Positions 41,362 through 56,766 of a DNA stretch of 64,000 nucleotides are shown here, in pieces. Location: NCBI RefSeq assembly GCF_009914755.1, contig NC_060934.1; one strand, given 5' to 3'. The DNA is from the human T2T-CHM13v2.0 reference genome, Homo sapiens. Below the pieces are notes generated by a model. That model made no database searches and had not been told where the DNA came from. It was given only the letters and a program-made list of their open reading frames with translations. A program made the position numbers and the translations under genes. The number at the start of each line of letters is the position of its first letter. The first letter of the stretch is position 1.

Positions 41362-41969
41362 TCACTAAAATAATGAATACAAAGCCCTTGTACGAAAACT
41401 TTTCAATTAACAGAATGAAACTGAGCAAATCCTAAACTTGCACTTGCCCTGTGCTTGACAAGTTTTTGTTTATTTGTTTGTTTTCCCACATGGGAATACA
41501 AGACCTGAACTTTCCTTTCCCACTGTGGTTGGACAACAGTGTGAGGGAAGCCATCCAGTCCTCCCTGTGATTTTGGGAAGATCTTGATTGTGAAGGGCTG
41601 TTTGTAGACCCCATCAGAGGTGCCCAGGTAAATGAGCAGTGTCTGATTCAATTAACTGATAAGAATCCATTAGCACATCCAAGCCATCTTGTTTGAACAC
41701 AGAGCACTGTGTACAAATAACCACCAGGGTGGCTGTCACTTCTTACTGGAGAAATCTGAGGCTCCTGTGTGTGCCACAGCCCAGAAGGTGGCACCATACA
41801 CATATAAGGGACAATTGACTTTAAAATGCCAATGAGCCCTATGCAGGTAGCAATCTGTGAGAAAAAATCCTCTAATTGGATGGCTTTAATAGCAGAACCC
41901 ACTTTTTCTGTGTCTGGCAGGCCTTCCGCTTTGAGAAGGTCAGGGCTTTCACAGTCTGCATATTTTTCT

Positions 41970-42175
41970 CTATTGCCCAGTGTGTTGGGGAGAACTCGAG
42001 TATGGGAGTTGGCCTACTTCATTTGAAATCTTGACTTTGCCATTTATAAGCTGCATGGCCCTGAGTGTAGTATTTAACCTTGGTTTTGCTCAATATAATT
42101 TAGGATTAATAAGAACTCTGTCATCAGGCTCTGAGGACTAAATGAAATAAAGTTCACTGAGTGTGTTACATACTG
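41970..42175 (+). mobile_element. MIR
   Basis: tttgaaatcttgactttgccatttataagctgcatggccctgag...tgaggactaaatgaaataa. Confidence 0.7.
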
Positions 42176-42766
42176 TCAGGTCTGCACACTTCCCCTTTGC
42201 ATTAGAAAAGGGCACCGTTCTTGGCTGACACAGCCCCTCAGACTGGCATGTGAGTGGAAAGTGGGCTGGAATGCAGCCAGCTCCTATCAGCCCAGGGACC
42301 AGGCACTCAGGTGGAAGTCCTACCTCTAACCTCTCCCTACCTTACCTGGGGACTGGTGAGCCTGGAGTTTGTTGTGACTTAGATGACTAGTCATGGCAAG
42401 CGTTACTTCCCAGGGGGACAGATTCTGGTGCAATGTTACTCCTTTGGAAGAAGATGAAAGATAACCATGAAGTTTAAGACCTACAGCCTTAAAGGTACAA
42501 GAAGCATGCTACAGAGCCAGACTGAAAGAAAGAAATGCATAAATGAATATATCAAATTGATCTTTGTTCAATCATAAATTGAACAAAGAATTCTTAGAAA
42601 TTGGAAGTGGAAGCTTAGCCCCAAAGTGGGAAGTTTTACCTGCTTGGAAAATTGAATTTGTTACCCTTTGGGATAGTGAAGTTCCTGGATAGCTTAAAGG
42701 AGTGTCTAAAATGTGGGTCCCTGTAAATGATGACTGTGAGCAGTAGAGCTCTAGCAGTGGGGACAC

Positions 42767-42780
42767 GTTGCCATGGAAAC
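42767..42780. promoter_or_regulatory. RFX X-box motif
   Basis: GTTGCCATGGAAAC, a 13/14 match to the palindromic GTTGCCATGGCAAC, in non-repetitive DNA; function untested. Confidence 0.55.
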
Positions 42781-45700
42781 CCTGAAGCTGGAAGCTCCTC
42801 AGGGCCTCAGAAAGGCTGTCAATTAGATCCATACTCTTGGGGAGTTTAATGAAAACAGACACTTGTCATTTTTTTAGCAGCCATCTAACATTATATACAT
42901 TTAAAATATTTCCATGGAAAGAAAAGCCTGCCGTTAAGTTTAGCTGTTTATTTTAAGAGAATTCCCTTGTGTGGCTTTGACAGGGCAGATTTTTTTTTTC
43001 CTTCTTTCTTCACATTAAAGGAGAAAAGTGAGGCCCTCCAGTGTTTAGCAGAAACACAATTAGGAGAGTCACTGATGGTGGTTCATTCAGGCTGTTCAAG
43101 AGGCGCTTCAGTCCTCCTGCCCTTATTTACATCACAGTGGGGATGGGTGGTCCTACTGGCCCCTTCATGTTGTTGCCTCTCAAACTAGATCCCTCAGACT
43201 TCTTTGGAATTGTGCACCTACGCTGACTGGCTGGTAGGCACTTTTCTTTTAATGGGGCAGCTTAGGAAAGAAATCTTCATTAGATATCACTGTCTTCAAA
43301 TGTCACGTGCTGAAGAATAAGGAATCATATTAGACTGACTTGCCATCTGAGGCCGGCTGCTGGGATCTGACTCTCCCCAAGAACACAAATCAATAGTCAA
43401 CACAGAAACCACACTCCAAAGAGAAGCTGGTTCCAAGAGTGGCTATTACTATTTGCTTTCAATTGAATGTATGTATGTAGATATGTATGTGTTTATGTAT
43501 TTGTTTATTTTTACCTAAATATGCCATTTTTGAGTTGTATTTTGCAGAAGAAACATATATATCTTGTATCATGGATATGACTGACTGTGAGATGGGAACG
43601 CTTTTTCAAACTAGACTGGGAACAGAGGCCCTGGTGGTCATGAACAATGTCAGGCGCATACAAAGAGCTGAAAGCCCATTCCAATCAAGTCTGTCTTTGC
43701 CCAACCCATTAGGCAGTCAAATGACAATTGAAAATCCAGTTCCCCACATTGAGAATCAAAGACTGGTGTCTCCTTGACTTCTGAGCCCAGGGCATCCTAC
43801 TCTTTTTACTTTCCTTTTAAATGTCAAATCATAAGTAGGTCAACAGAAACCAGAGTGTTGTTACTTCTCCAGTTAAGTTTGGCTCATAAGAATGTAGCAA
43901 ACTTTACTACATTTGGTTTTTAGCAATATTTGAAAATTGCATTTTATCGTTTGGATCTGCTAATTATCACATCTCTACTTGTGGCAAAGAAACTAACAAT
44001 ATTGATATGGAAAAGCACAGATATTGCTCGGCCTCACTGATTGAATCGGTGGGCGGTGGGGGGCGGTGGGCAGTAATCATACAGATTCCCAAAGTATGTA
44101 TATTTTGTGGCCCTGGATAAAGATTATTCTAAGAAACCCCTTCTTGGTATAGTTACAGTAATTGTGGTAATTAGCACAGTAAAAAGAAGAAACATCAAGC
44201 CCTCATCAGATATCTGTCCCCACACAGCTCTTTCCTCTATTATCACACACTGCAAATGGTGGTTGGCAGAATGATTATACACATCATATGTATTAAAGTG
44301 GGAAGTGTTGAACAATGGTCAGAATGTAAGACTTAACATGGGGCCCAGCCACTAATTAACTGTCTGATCTTGGGAAAGTCATTTGTACAGCCTGGCTTTC
44401 AGTTTTACCACCTATAATATAAGAAAGCTGAACTAATTGATCACAAGTTTTCTTTTTGATTTTCCAGGTGCAAAGCCTCCCATTTTGCCTTGAGGACCAT
44501 AGCAAATACCTCCTTTCTGGATGGACAAGGGAGACCCTTGTCAGCAAGAATTGTGCTACAGTCTCCCAGCCTAACCACAAGGACACACAAGGACTAGAAC
44601 ATTCGCTCTGCTTCTACACAGCATTGGCAAGAGTTTGAACACCTCTTTCTCAAACCAACAGCAAGAGTTGCCCAGGAAGTGCATTCACTAACATACTCCC
44701 CTAAATATTCTTGTGTGAAAAGAAGAGATATGTTGCCATGAATGGGTCTTTCAGTTGGTATTTGTAGGACTGCAAAGTTGCAAAGCTGGCAACATGGTAA
44801 TAGCTTAGAGTGTTAAATTTTGTGATTTACTACTTGATATGGTAGCACAAAATTAGAACTACAAGAAGAATAAAGGCTTGGTCACCTTACCTGTAAGATC
44901 TACTAATGACAATAACTTTATAGAGAAAATTGCTCCTCTTTAAGCAATGCCTCATCTGACTTGATGCTCTCTGCTGCAGAAGGTGAAATTGCAACAATTA
45001 CAAACTTGATCTTGGCTGTGACCCCTGAATTGACCTTTTGAAGGAACCTGGATTATGTCTGAATCTATTATCTCTGCAAGGAGACCAGCTGTCTTCAGAA
45101 TTGCTTTTGGGGCCCCGTAATGTCATCGTGAAATTGCAGTTAGTAATCTTGCCAACAATTTCCAGATTTGGTGCAGATAAGCTTGAACACATTTGACTCT
45201 TTGGTTTCCAATGTTATTTAGAGAATTGGATGACTTAAAGCATTTATTTTTTTCAACTCAATTCTTATCATAATCCATCAACATCACTGTGTTTTTATTC
45301 TCTATTTCATTTTTATATGATCCTATTAGTTGAGAGAAACACAAGTGACATTTTTCTTTCCTATGGCCTTGTCTCCTTTTTGCCTTTGCTAGAACTCAGA
45401 GATCATATACCTTTTACTAAATTAGAATTCAGCCATATCCTCTGACCAACAATTTTCCTAGCACTGATCTTCTTCACTGAGTTTTGTTAGGGATGAAACA
45501 AAGGCAGTTCTTTCTGCTCCATGCAAATGACATTTGCAACCTGTCCCTAAATCACAGACCGGAAATGCTTCTCTTAGATGACTGAGGCTGATACTTTTGA
45601 AATGTGCTGCACTCCAGGTACCTTTGTGCTGTCTCCAGGAAAATGAAAGTGAGTTTTTGGATTGAGAGTGAGTCAAGCTTCCAAGCTGTTAAGGAGCATG

Positions 45701-46659
45701 GGTTTGATGTGGCTCCATCATGGCTATGTGGTAACTCAGCAGAAGTGTCATTCAGGATGTGTGAAGGGCATCAATCTCAGAGACTTGGCTGCCTCCCTTT
45801 AGGTTTCCAGATGAAACTGACACTCTTTGTTGTCAAGGAGCCAGTGGTGCTGAATGACCTTACACCAAAGGGGGTGCTGGCCTGCTTTGGGGGCATTTCT
45901 GCTTCTCCTCAATTGCTTGCCTCGATATAAGAAAGTTCACTGATCATGGGCCAGTATAGAAGTGCAGAATTTACTTTATCCATGTGGGGTCATATATAAA
46001 TTCCAGATTCCTCCTGTACAATTTATTTTTTTGTTTGTCATAGCAGTAGACAGAAAAATGGTAATCAAAGTACCAGTCATTCATTCCAATTTGACAAAAC
46101 ACTCATTAAGACTCTGCTGCACTGGGATTGGTGAGGGGATTAAGAGATAAGACAACCCCTGTGTATTTGGTGCCATAACTTGAGTGGATTTGATGTGAGA
46201 CATGCTGGGACTTAGTGGCATGTGGGGAAAGGGAAGGAGTCAAAGTGGGGAAAGGGAGGGAGTCAAGGCTGAAATTACGGATGTGAACTTTCTGTGGGAT
46301 ATCTCTCTCTCAACAGGTGGCCAGCATTGGATTCTATTGCATGGAAGGTATTCCAGTACCTTGTACTTAGTATTCAAACGAATGTAACTCTAGGCAAGGC
46401 TGATCTTTGATGTTCTATGTATGGGAATATCTTGAACTACATGATTTGTTCATGCAGACATGGCCCCTGCTACTAGTTAGGTCTAGTGAGCCAGGACTCT
46501 GTTTCCTGAAACAAGGACCAATGTGGGTTATATATATTGTTATCATCCTGTTCAAATAAGTAGGAGTTTGGGGCATGGTTTCATTGCAGTGATCACTCTA
46601 TGCTCTTTCATATATTTACTTCACTTGGTTTCTGGTACACCAAATGCCTTGAGTTTTTT

Positions 46660-48480
46660 TTTTTTTTTCTCTTACCTTAATAGTCAATCTCCTCATTCTC
46701 CCTTACTGGTTCCTCATTCTCTCCTGACCTTTTAATGCTGGAATGCCCCTGAGCTCAGTACTTGATTCTCTCCTCCTTGTTGACACTCACCCCTTTATTC
46801 AGTCTCTTGGCATTAAAGGGCATCTATATCCTGACAACACTCAAATGTCCATTTCTAGCTCAGGCCTCTGTCCTGAACTGCAGACTTACTGAGCCTGCAG
46901 CCTAATCCGCATTCCACAGTGGCGTCTCAAACTCAACAGGCTCACACGGAACTCCTTTCCACCTGCTCCTTCTGCAACTTTCCACGTTGCAGTTGATGGC
47001 AAACCTGATCTTCCAGTTGCTCAGGGAAAGAAGCCATGAAGCCATGTTGATTCCTCTTTTTCTCGCACACAGGACATCCAATCTGTCGGGAAATGCTGTT
47101 GGCTCTCCATCTGGAATATATTCAGAGTTGAAGACTTTTCACCACCTCTTCTAATATCACCCTTGGGTGAGTTATCAACATCTCTGGCATGGAATATGCC
47201 AATAACTTCCTAATTGCCTCTTGCTCTGTCCCTCCTGCATAATTTCAATTCTATAGCCAAAATTATTCATATAATACTGAAACTGACCCTATAAACTTTA
47301 TAAAATTAATCAGGGAAGAAGAGAGTGGGAGAGATGAAACTAAACTCAACTTGCAGCACACTCAGCATTAATCACTAGGTCAGCCTGTGCCCTGACCTGC
47401 TTCCTCGTGGTTGCCTGGTGCCTCCTGTCCTGGAATCACATAGATCCTAGATTATAGTTCCCTCTTAACGGTTCTATGGGTAACAGTTTGAATGTTATAA
47501 AACATTATCTTTGAGCTATTCCTTCAGGTCCTGCATACTGATGAAACTACTGACTCTGCTGGTCTCTAGGACCTCACAAGGAGCTGACTCACCTAAGAAT
47601 GCAGTTTCCATGTCCTGATAATTTCATTCCCCGTACTGTGATGAATTAATAACCCCAATTTTCCAGCCTCTCACCTTCCATGATCCCCTTAAAAACCCTA
47701 GCCCAGAACTTCTTGGGGAGATGGATTTGAGGGTCTCCTCCCTTCCCCTTGCTCAGTACCCTGCAATCATTAAACCCTCTCTCCGATGTAAATCCTGCTG
47801 TCTCAGTGTAATTGGTCTGTTACTGCATAGCAGGCATACAAACCTGTTGGTCCTATAATAATACCTAAGCCAGTCATGCCACCCTTTAGAAACCTTGCAA
47901 TGACACTATTTCATTCTCATTTAAAACCAGTGTCCTTATGAGAGACTAAATGGTCCAGTCTTAGTGACCTCTCAGACCTGAAGCCTTCAGGCTCAGTGGT
48001 TCCACTCCATCTCCCTGGCCCCTGCAGCCCTCAGACAGGCTCCTACTTGTCTCTGCACTGGTCATATCTTCCGTTTTCCTCCCGTTATCTGCATACTTAC
48101 CTCCCTTACCTCCTTCTTGTCTTTACTCAGAGGTCACCTTCTTAATGTGCCCTGCTCAGATCACCCTATTTTAAATTGCAACCTGCATCCACCCTCCCCA
48201 CCACCCTTCTTTGGCAGACATCCCTGATTGCTGGTACCTTGCTTGACTTTTTTTCTTTTTTTTTTTTTTAAACCATAGAAATTGTCATTTTCTAACTTAC
48301 TATTTCTTCGCTTATTTACCGTGCTTATTGTTTGTCTCCTTTCGATCCTCCTCTCCTCTTCTCACAGTATAATGTAAAGTCCACGTGGTTAGGGATTTTT
48401 ATTAATTTCCTTCACTGTTGTGTCGTAAGTGCATTGAGAAGGATGTAGAAAATGGTGGGCCCTCAGCACATTTGTTGAAT
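46660..48480 (+). mobile_element. L2 (long fragment) split by an LTR
   Basis: ctcaaactcaaca...ttccagttgctcagg...cacatttgttgaat terminus at ~48480. Confidence 0.8.
47278..47860 (+). mobile_element. ERV1 solo LTR (LTR26-like)
   Basis: TGAAACTGACCCTATAAACTTTATAAAATTAATCAGGGAAGAAG...ATTAAA...cctataata; 4-bp TSD atac (47274-47277, 47861-47864). Confidence 0.8.
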
Positions 48481-48491
48481 CCAGAAATTCT

Positions 48492-48543
48492 GTGCCTTCA
48501 TAATAAGTGTATTCAAAATAAGTGCCTTCATAATAAGTGTATT
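48492..48543. repeat. Perfect 22-bp direct repeat, period 30
   Basis: gtgccttcataataagtgtatt at 48492 and 48522. Confidence 0.95.
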
Positions 48544-51500
48544 ACTTTCAAATACTGGAAAATTCAGAGTTCCAGTTTAGAAGGAATTGGTCAATGGATT
48601 CCTAACTCACTTGTTTTTGCTCAGCCCTGGAATATATTCTGTCATATTCTACTGCAGAATTTCCATGTAATTTACAAAAATGACATCACTCATTCTCTTC
48701 CCTACCCTAGGAAAAAAGACACTGAGGGAGAATCAGACCCTTACTGAATGACTTACACCTCGTTTTGGTTATCTTAGGAATTCTTGGAAATTTCATTCTC
48801 CACATTAAACTAACATAAGCTATTTCAGCCCTGACATGCTAGGTTTAGACTATTTGAGATAACTGACTATCACTGAGATATGCCAGTTGAGTGAGCCACC
48901 TGAAGTCCTAGCACTCCTCTTCTCTGGCATTATCAGTGCCATGAAAAAGCCACTTTGTCACATCCTTCATTACAAAGACTTATGTAAGCGTCTTTCTCCC
49001 TGGAAAACAGAATCTTGTATCTTGCCCATTCCTTCATGTAGAACACCAAAAGGGCATGTACCCCAGTGCTTGGAAGCATCAGATTCAGAATTTCTTCAAG
49101 ATGAATCAAGATAAGGAAATAACATTAACCCCAACTCTTCTCTTCTCTAAGAATAAAACAAAGTGAGACTGTACTGGTATTTAAGAGCAAATTCTCACAT
49201 GACTTTGCACTTAGGGGGTGCTCCATTGGGAATTTCAAGCACTAAACAATACTTTTTTAAATATACTTAGGTTTTAATACTGTCAGGAATGCCTTTAATT
49301 ATTTTTGACTCTCTGGCAACAGGAAGATTGCTGATTCTGATGGCCATTCTCTAAACTAGAATCTGCTCTAGCTGTTTGTATCTTTTTGGGTAATGGAAGA
49401 CAGAAAAATACTTGGCGATGGCTTTGCAATACAAATGAAAGGAGAGAAAAATAGAACAGGCCCTTCCTGAACTCACGCTCTGCTTTTCCTCTGAAGACGT
49501 TTTTGTGATTCCTAACAATTCTCTCAAGACTGAAAGATAAAGATTGCATTGTAGATGTAGCAATCTTAATTAGTAAAATTGACAAGAAAATACTTATCTC
49601 TTTATATTGAATGACAGGAAAACACAACTTAGGGAATTTGTCACTTATGATTGAACAGAACCACATTTTAGTTTTACATATTTGTCTCAACCTGATTAGT
49701 TCATGAGCAGGTTTTTGTTTAGCTTCCTGGATCATGAATATTCTGAATTCTTAGCTTTTCTTATCAGCAAAGAAAAGCAATTTATAACATAGGGCTTGAA
49801 CAAACAAAGTACTTCAGACTCTTTACAATTTTCCTGTTACAGAAGCTGTTTCTCTCCTTAGAAGGGAAATTCATTATTTTTAAAAAGATTTTTCTTGATC
49901 AAAGAGAGGTGATTTTATTATATTATTTTCTAATTTTCTTAGGGAACAGAAGATTTGTACTTCCAAATTTCACAATGCTAAGCTGAAGATATTTTTTCTA
50001 TCTATATTTCGTTTCATAAAAGGAATCATTTAATAAAACAACTATCTCTTCTGAAAGAACACAAATATTTATCAAGCATTTTTCCATTATAAATATTACA
50101 TACTCATACTTAGAACCCATTCATCTTTTGAAAGTTGTCAGTTTCATCCAATAATGTGAGGCATTTCCCCTTTCATGCACACATGATAGTGATTGATATT
50201 GTGTGATTTTATTTGTTACAGAAAATTTACCCAAAGCCTGTTCGGAGTTTCTCTGAGCATGAGTCATTAATCCTGTGTTAATTTCAAGAGTCTTATCAAT
50301 AAATTGTATGTTTTGTATCTTTTTTCTTTATGTAATATATAGTCTTGAAAAATGTCTCTTTACTTTTGGTCTCCTAAGTGTTTTACTTCACTAATCTTGG
50401 GACATTAAGCATTATTATTATTTTTTTCAAATAAGACATTGTAACTTCCTCAAAAATGAACCTAAGACATTGATGACTTCATGCTGCTATTAGACGAAGT
50501 TTTCTCACAGCTGTAGGATGGTATTTCTGGGTCCCTGGGGAGCTGGAGAAAGGCTAGTGCTAGGGACTGATGCTGCTGACTCCTCTTTCTACCCTGGATA
50601 AAGATGTTGTACGTTCGCAATTGCAATTCTTGCTTAATAGGGTTCAGGAAGCAGGAAATCCTCAAATTTATAAATATTTTTTTCAAGATCCCACAATGAC
50701 AGCCTGTGCCTGTTTTTGACCTGGGGCCACCACCATGCTTCTGTTAAGATTTGTATCCTTTGCCATGAAAGTTGGGAATTTATATAGGCATATGAGTTTA
50801 TGTATGTGTGTTCTGTGCCCACAGATTCAAAATCCGTTTCCAGAGGTGGAATAACACACTAAGGTCTAGGAATTAATAGTGCTTGTTTCAATCAATCCAA
50901 ATTTCAGATGCCTTGTCTTTGTATTTTCTAGTTATATTTTACTTATTAGCCACTTTGACTAAATCACTGTAGGTGCAGATTGACTTGTCCCAGCAGATAG
51001 TTATGTCGTCACTTAAATCCCCTCTATTATTTACTTGTACAATATCACCATGAGTAGTATTTCATTTTCAAACTTTTTAACAGCTTTATTGAAGTATACT
51101 TGATTTATAATCAACTACACATATAAAAAGTATACAATGTGATAAGTGCATGCATGCATATATCTATGAAACCATCCAGAAACCATTTTGCAATCAGGAT
51201 AATGAACATATCCAGCAAACCTGAAGGTAACCTTCTGCCTGTTTATCATTTCATCCTCTGCTTTTCCAACTCCCTATTCCCAGGCAAGTACTGATCTGCT
51301 TTCTGTTACTGTAAATTACTCTGTATTTTCTGGGATTTAATATAAATGGAATGATATAGTATGCACTGTTTTTTATCTGGGTTCTTTCACTAACCATAAT
51401 TATTTTGAGATGCATCTGTGTCATTGTGTAGTATATTAGTAGTTTTTTCATTCATTTTTATTGTTGAATATAATTTCATCATATGGACATACAGCAATTC

Positions 51501-52110
51501 TTTTATGCTGTGGATGGATATTTGTGTTGTTTCCTGTTATTGACTACCACAAACAAAGCTACTATTGACACTAATATACAAGTTTTTCTATGTACATATG
51601 CTTTAATTTCTCTTGGGAAATTATTATACCTCGAAGCAGAATGGTAGATATATGTTTAATTTTTTAATGAAACTGCCAAACCGTTTTACAAAGTGTTTCA
51701 CATTTTACATTCAGAAGTGTGTGAGAGTTCCAGTTGCTCCACATCCTTGATAACAATTGTTATGGTCAGGTTTTTAATCTTAGACTTTCTAATAGGTGTG
51801 TAGTAAAATCTTGTTTGTATGTCTTTTATTTGAAAGATTTAAAGAAATCTTTCCTTTTCACTGTATTAGAGTTTGTATATTTTGGTTACATGTTCTATAT
51901 CAGGTGTCTACCTGCAGAACTTGTCAATTCAGTATTATACAGGAGATTCTTTATGTGATTTGCAATTTTTTTTTCTCCCAGTCTGTGTAATTTGTCCTTT
52001 TATTATGTTAACAGTATCCTCTGAAGATCAGAAATTCTTAATTTTGATGAAATCCAGTTTAATGTGTTTTTCTATTTTGGATTGTGCTTCTTAGTTGAAT
52101 CTAAGGAATC

Positions 52111-52141
<31 letters not shown>

Positions 52142-52353
52142 ATAGGCTCACTATTATATTTTGTTAGTCTACTTGTCTAACTCTTTCTTACAGTTTTTTT
52201 TGGGGGGTGCTATTCTATGTCCTTTGCATTTTCATATACATTTTAGCAACAGGTTTTCAATTTATACTTTTAAATGGTTTGCTGAGATTTTGGTTTGGAA
52301 CACAGTAAACCTACAGATTTATTTAACACTAACTGAAATCTTAAAAATATTGA

Positions 52354-52603
52354 TGAGGCAGGTGAATCACTTGAGCTCAGGAGTTTGAGACCACCTTGGG
52401 CACCGTGGTGAAATCCTGTCTCTATGAAAAAAAGATGAAAATTTAGCTGGGTGTGGTACTGCCCACCTGTAGTCCCAGCTACTCAGGAGACTGAGGTGGG
52501 AGAATTGCTTGAGCCAGGAGGTCGAGACTGCAGTGAGCAGTTACTGTGCCACTGCACTCCAGGCTGGGTGACAGAGTGAGACCCTGTCTCAAAAAAAAAA
52601 AAA
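52354..52603 (+). mobile_element. AluJ, 5'-truncated by ~45 nt
   Basis: CACTTGAGCTCAGGAGTT, GGAGGTCGAGACTGCAGTGAGC, GAGACCCTGTCTC; degenerate TSD aa.ata.tga. Confidence 0.9.
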
Positions 52604-54122
52604 GATACTGAATATTCCATTCCAAGGCACTATATGTATCTCCATTATTTAAATTTTTACATTTTCTCAACCAAATTTTGTAGTTTTCAGTGCACAGAGT
52701 TTACATGTATTTTGCCAGACTTATCCATGAGACTTTTATATTTTTGATGTAATTGTAAGTGATGCTATATTTTGTTTCAATTTCCCAATGTTTGTTGCTG
52801 GTATATAGAAATATCATTGATTTTTGCAAAGTAACTTTTTTTACTCTGCAATATTTTGTATCTCCTTTATTAGTTCCAGAAGCTTTTGTGTAGACTCCAC
52901 AGAATTTTCTACATAAATCATAATGTCACTTGCAAATAAGACATTTTTACTTGTTTTGTAATCAAGATGCATTTAATTTCTTTTTCTTAACCTATTGCAT
53001 TAGCTAGAGCCTCCTGAATAATATCAAATAGACAAGGTCTGCAGAGGGACATAATTTTAATTGTTCCTTTCTAATTTGGGTGCCTTTAATTTCCTTTTCC
53101 TGTTTTATTGTACTGGCTGGAAATTTCAGCACTATTTTGAAAAACAGTGATGAGAGTGAACATTTTTACCTTGTTTTTAATTTTAGACAAATTTTCAGTC
53201 TTTCAGCATTAAGTATGATATTACCTGTAGGTTTTTAGTACACTTCATTGCCCTATTGAAAACATTTCTATCCTACTATGCACAGGGTTTTTATCAGGGA
53301 TAAATGCTGATTCTTGCCAAATGCTCTTTCTTCATCTGTTGAGATAATTTTTGTAAGTCTGTTATTACAGTGAATCACATTAATTGATATTAAATTTGAA
53401 TAGACCTTGCATTCCTGTGATAAGCCTCATTTGGTCATAACACATTTTCCTGTTTGTGCATTATTGCATTTGCTTTACTCAAATTTTTGTTAAGTTTTAT
53501 ATATAAATTTATTAAATATATTGGTGTCCAACTTTTGTTTTTCTTATAATGTCTCTATCTGGTGTTGGTATCAGAGTATTGCTGACCTCATAGAATGTGC
53601 TAGAAAGTATTCTCTTTCCTTCAATTTTCTGGAAGGGTTTGTGCACAATTGTCATGATTTCATCCTTGAAGGTTTGATAAAATGAAATCATTAGTGCTTG
53701 GGTTTTTTTTTTTTTTTGGTGTGTGTGAATGTTAAAATTCCTCCAAATTGAATTTTTTAAAAAAATACAGGAATTTTAAAATGATCTATTTCTTCTTGAG
53801 TGGGTTTTTGCAGCTTGTGTCATTGCAGGATTTTCTCTCTTGTATCTAAGTCATTGGATTCATTGGCAATAACTTGTCAAAATATTTATTACCCCTTTAA
53901 AACATATAGTGATGTTATCTTCCTCTTTTCTAAAATTGGTAATTTATGTCTTCTTCCTCTTTCCCCTTCAGGCTAGTCTACCTAGAAGATTATTAATTTT
54001 ACTGACTTTTTCAAATAAGCTTTTAGTCTTTTTTTTTCTTCTACTTGCCTTGAGTTTAGTGTGCTTATTTTTGTCATTTGCTAAGGTGAAAGCTTGAGTT
54101 ATTATTTGTTCTTTAATTTTTT

Positions 54123-55859
<1,737 letters not shown>

Positions 55860-56039
55860 GTTTTTTTCTCTGTTGTTCTTCAGTTATTTCACTGTTTAAC
55901 TCTAGTTTTTATGATTTCCTTACTTAGATTATTTTGTTTTTAATTTGTTCTTTTTTTAAAAAAGATAGAAGCTGTGATCATTGAATTGAGAACTTTCGTA
56001 TTTTAAAATATCAGTGTTTAATGATAAACTGCCTTTAAA

Positions 56040-56766
56040 TATAAATTTTACTCTGTATAGTCAAGATATACCACATGACATTATGGTATACATATAGATA
56101 GTAAATTGGTTACTATTGAAACAAAGTAACATATTTATCATCTGACATAGTTCCCATTTTTTTTTTGTTTCTGTGTCAAGAACAGTTAAATCCACTCATT
56201 TAGCATGAATCTCAAATACAGTATAATTTTATTACCCATAGTCCTCATGCAGTACATTAGACCTGGGGACTTGTTCATCCTACATATCTGTTACTTTGTA
56301 TCTTCTGACTTCCATCTCCCCATTTCCTTCAAACCTCCTTCCATCTCCACCCCGGTAATCACTGTTTTGTTCTCTATCTCTGCATATTTGAATTTTTTTT
56401 AAAGATTCCACATATAAATGAGATCATACAATATTTTTCTTTCTGTGTCCAGCTTATTTACTATTTCACTTAGTATAATGTCATCCAGGCTTATCTATGA
56501 TGTGGCAAATGGTAAGGTCTCATTCTTTATATATATTAGAGTTTCAGTTTCTTTATCCATTAATTCCTCAACAGACATTTAGGCTATTTCCACATCTTGG
56601 CTATTGTGAATAATGCTGCAATGAATACAGGAGTCCAGTTATCTTTATGATGTGGGAGGATTTAATTTCCTTTCGGTATAAACCCAGAAGAAGGATTGCT
56701 GGGTCATATGGTGGTTCTGTTTTTGATTTCTTTAGGCACTTCCATACTGTTTTCCATCATGGCTGT
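56040..56766 (-). mobile_element. L1MA 3' end
   Basis: catagtcctcatgcagtacattagacc...agattccacatataaatgagatcat...gattgctgggtcatatgg. Confidence 0.8.

Noticed and set aside
41721-41734. ccaccagggtggct as a CTCF site
   Set aside because: An extra base shifts the GGC register of the core
42180-42340. Possible snoRNA-like segment
   Set aside because: No convincing H/ACA or C/D boxes; resembles the hAT-like motif (attagaaaagggcacc) also seen at ~16215
49295-49735. 146-aa ORF in unique AT-rich DNA
   Set aside because: No recognisable domain; composition typical of a chance frame
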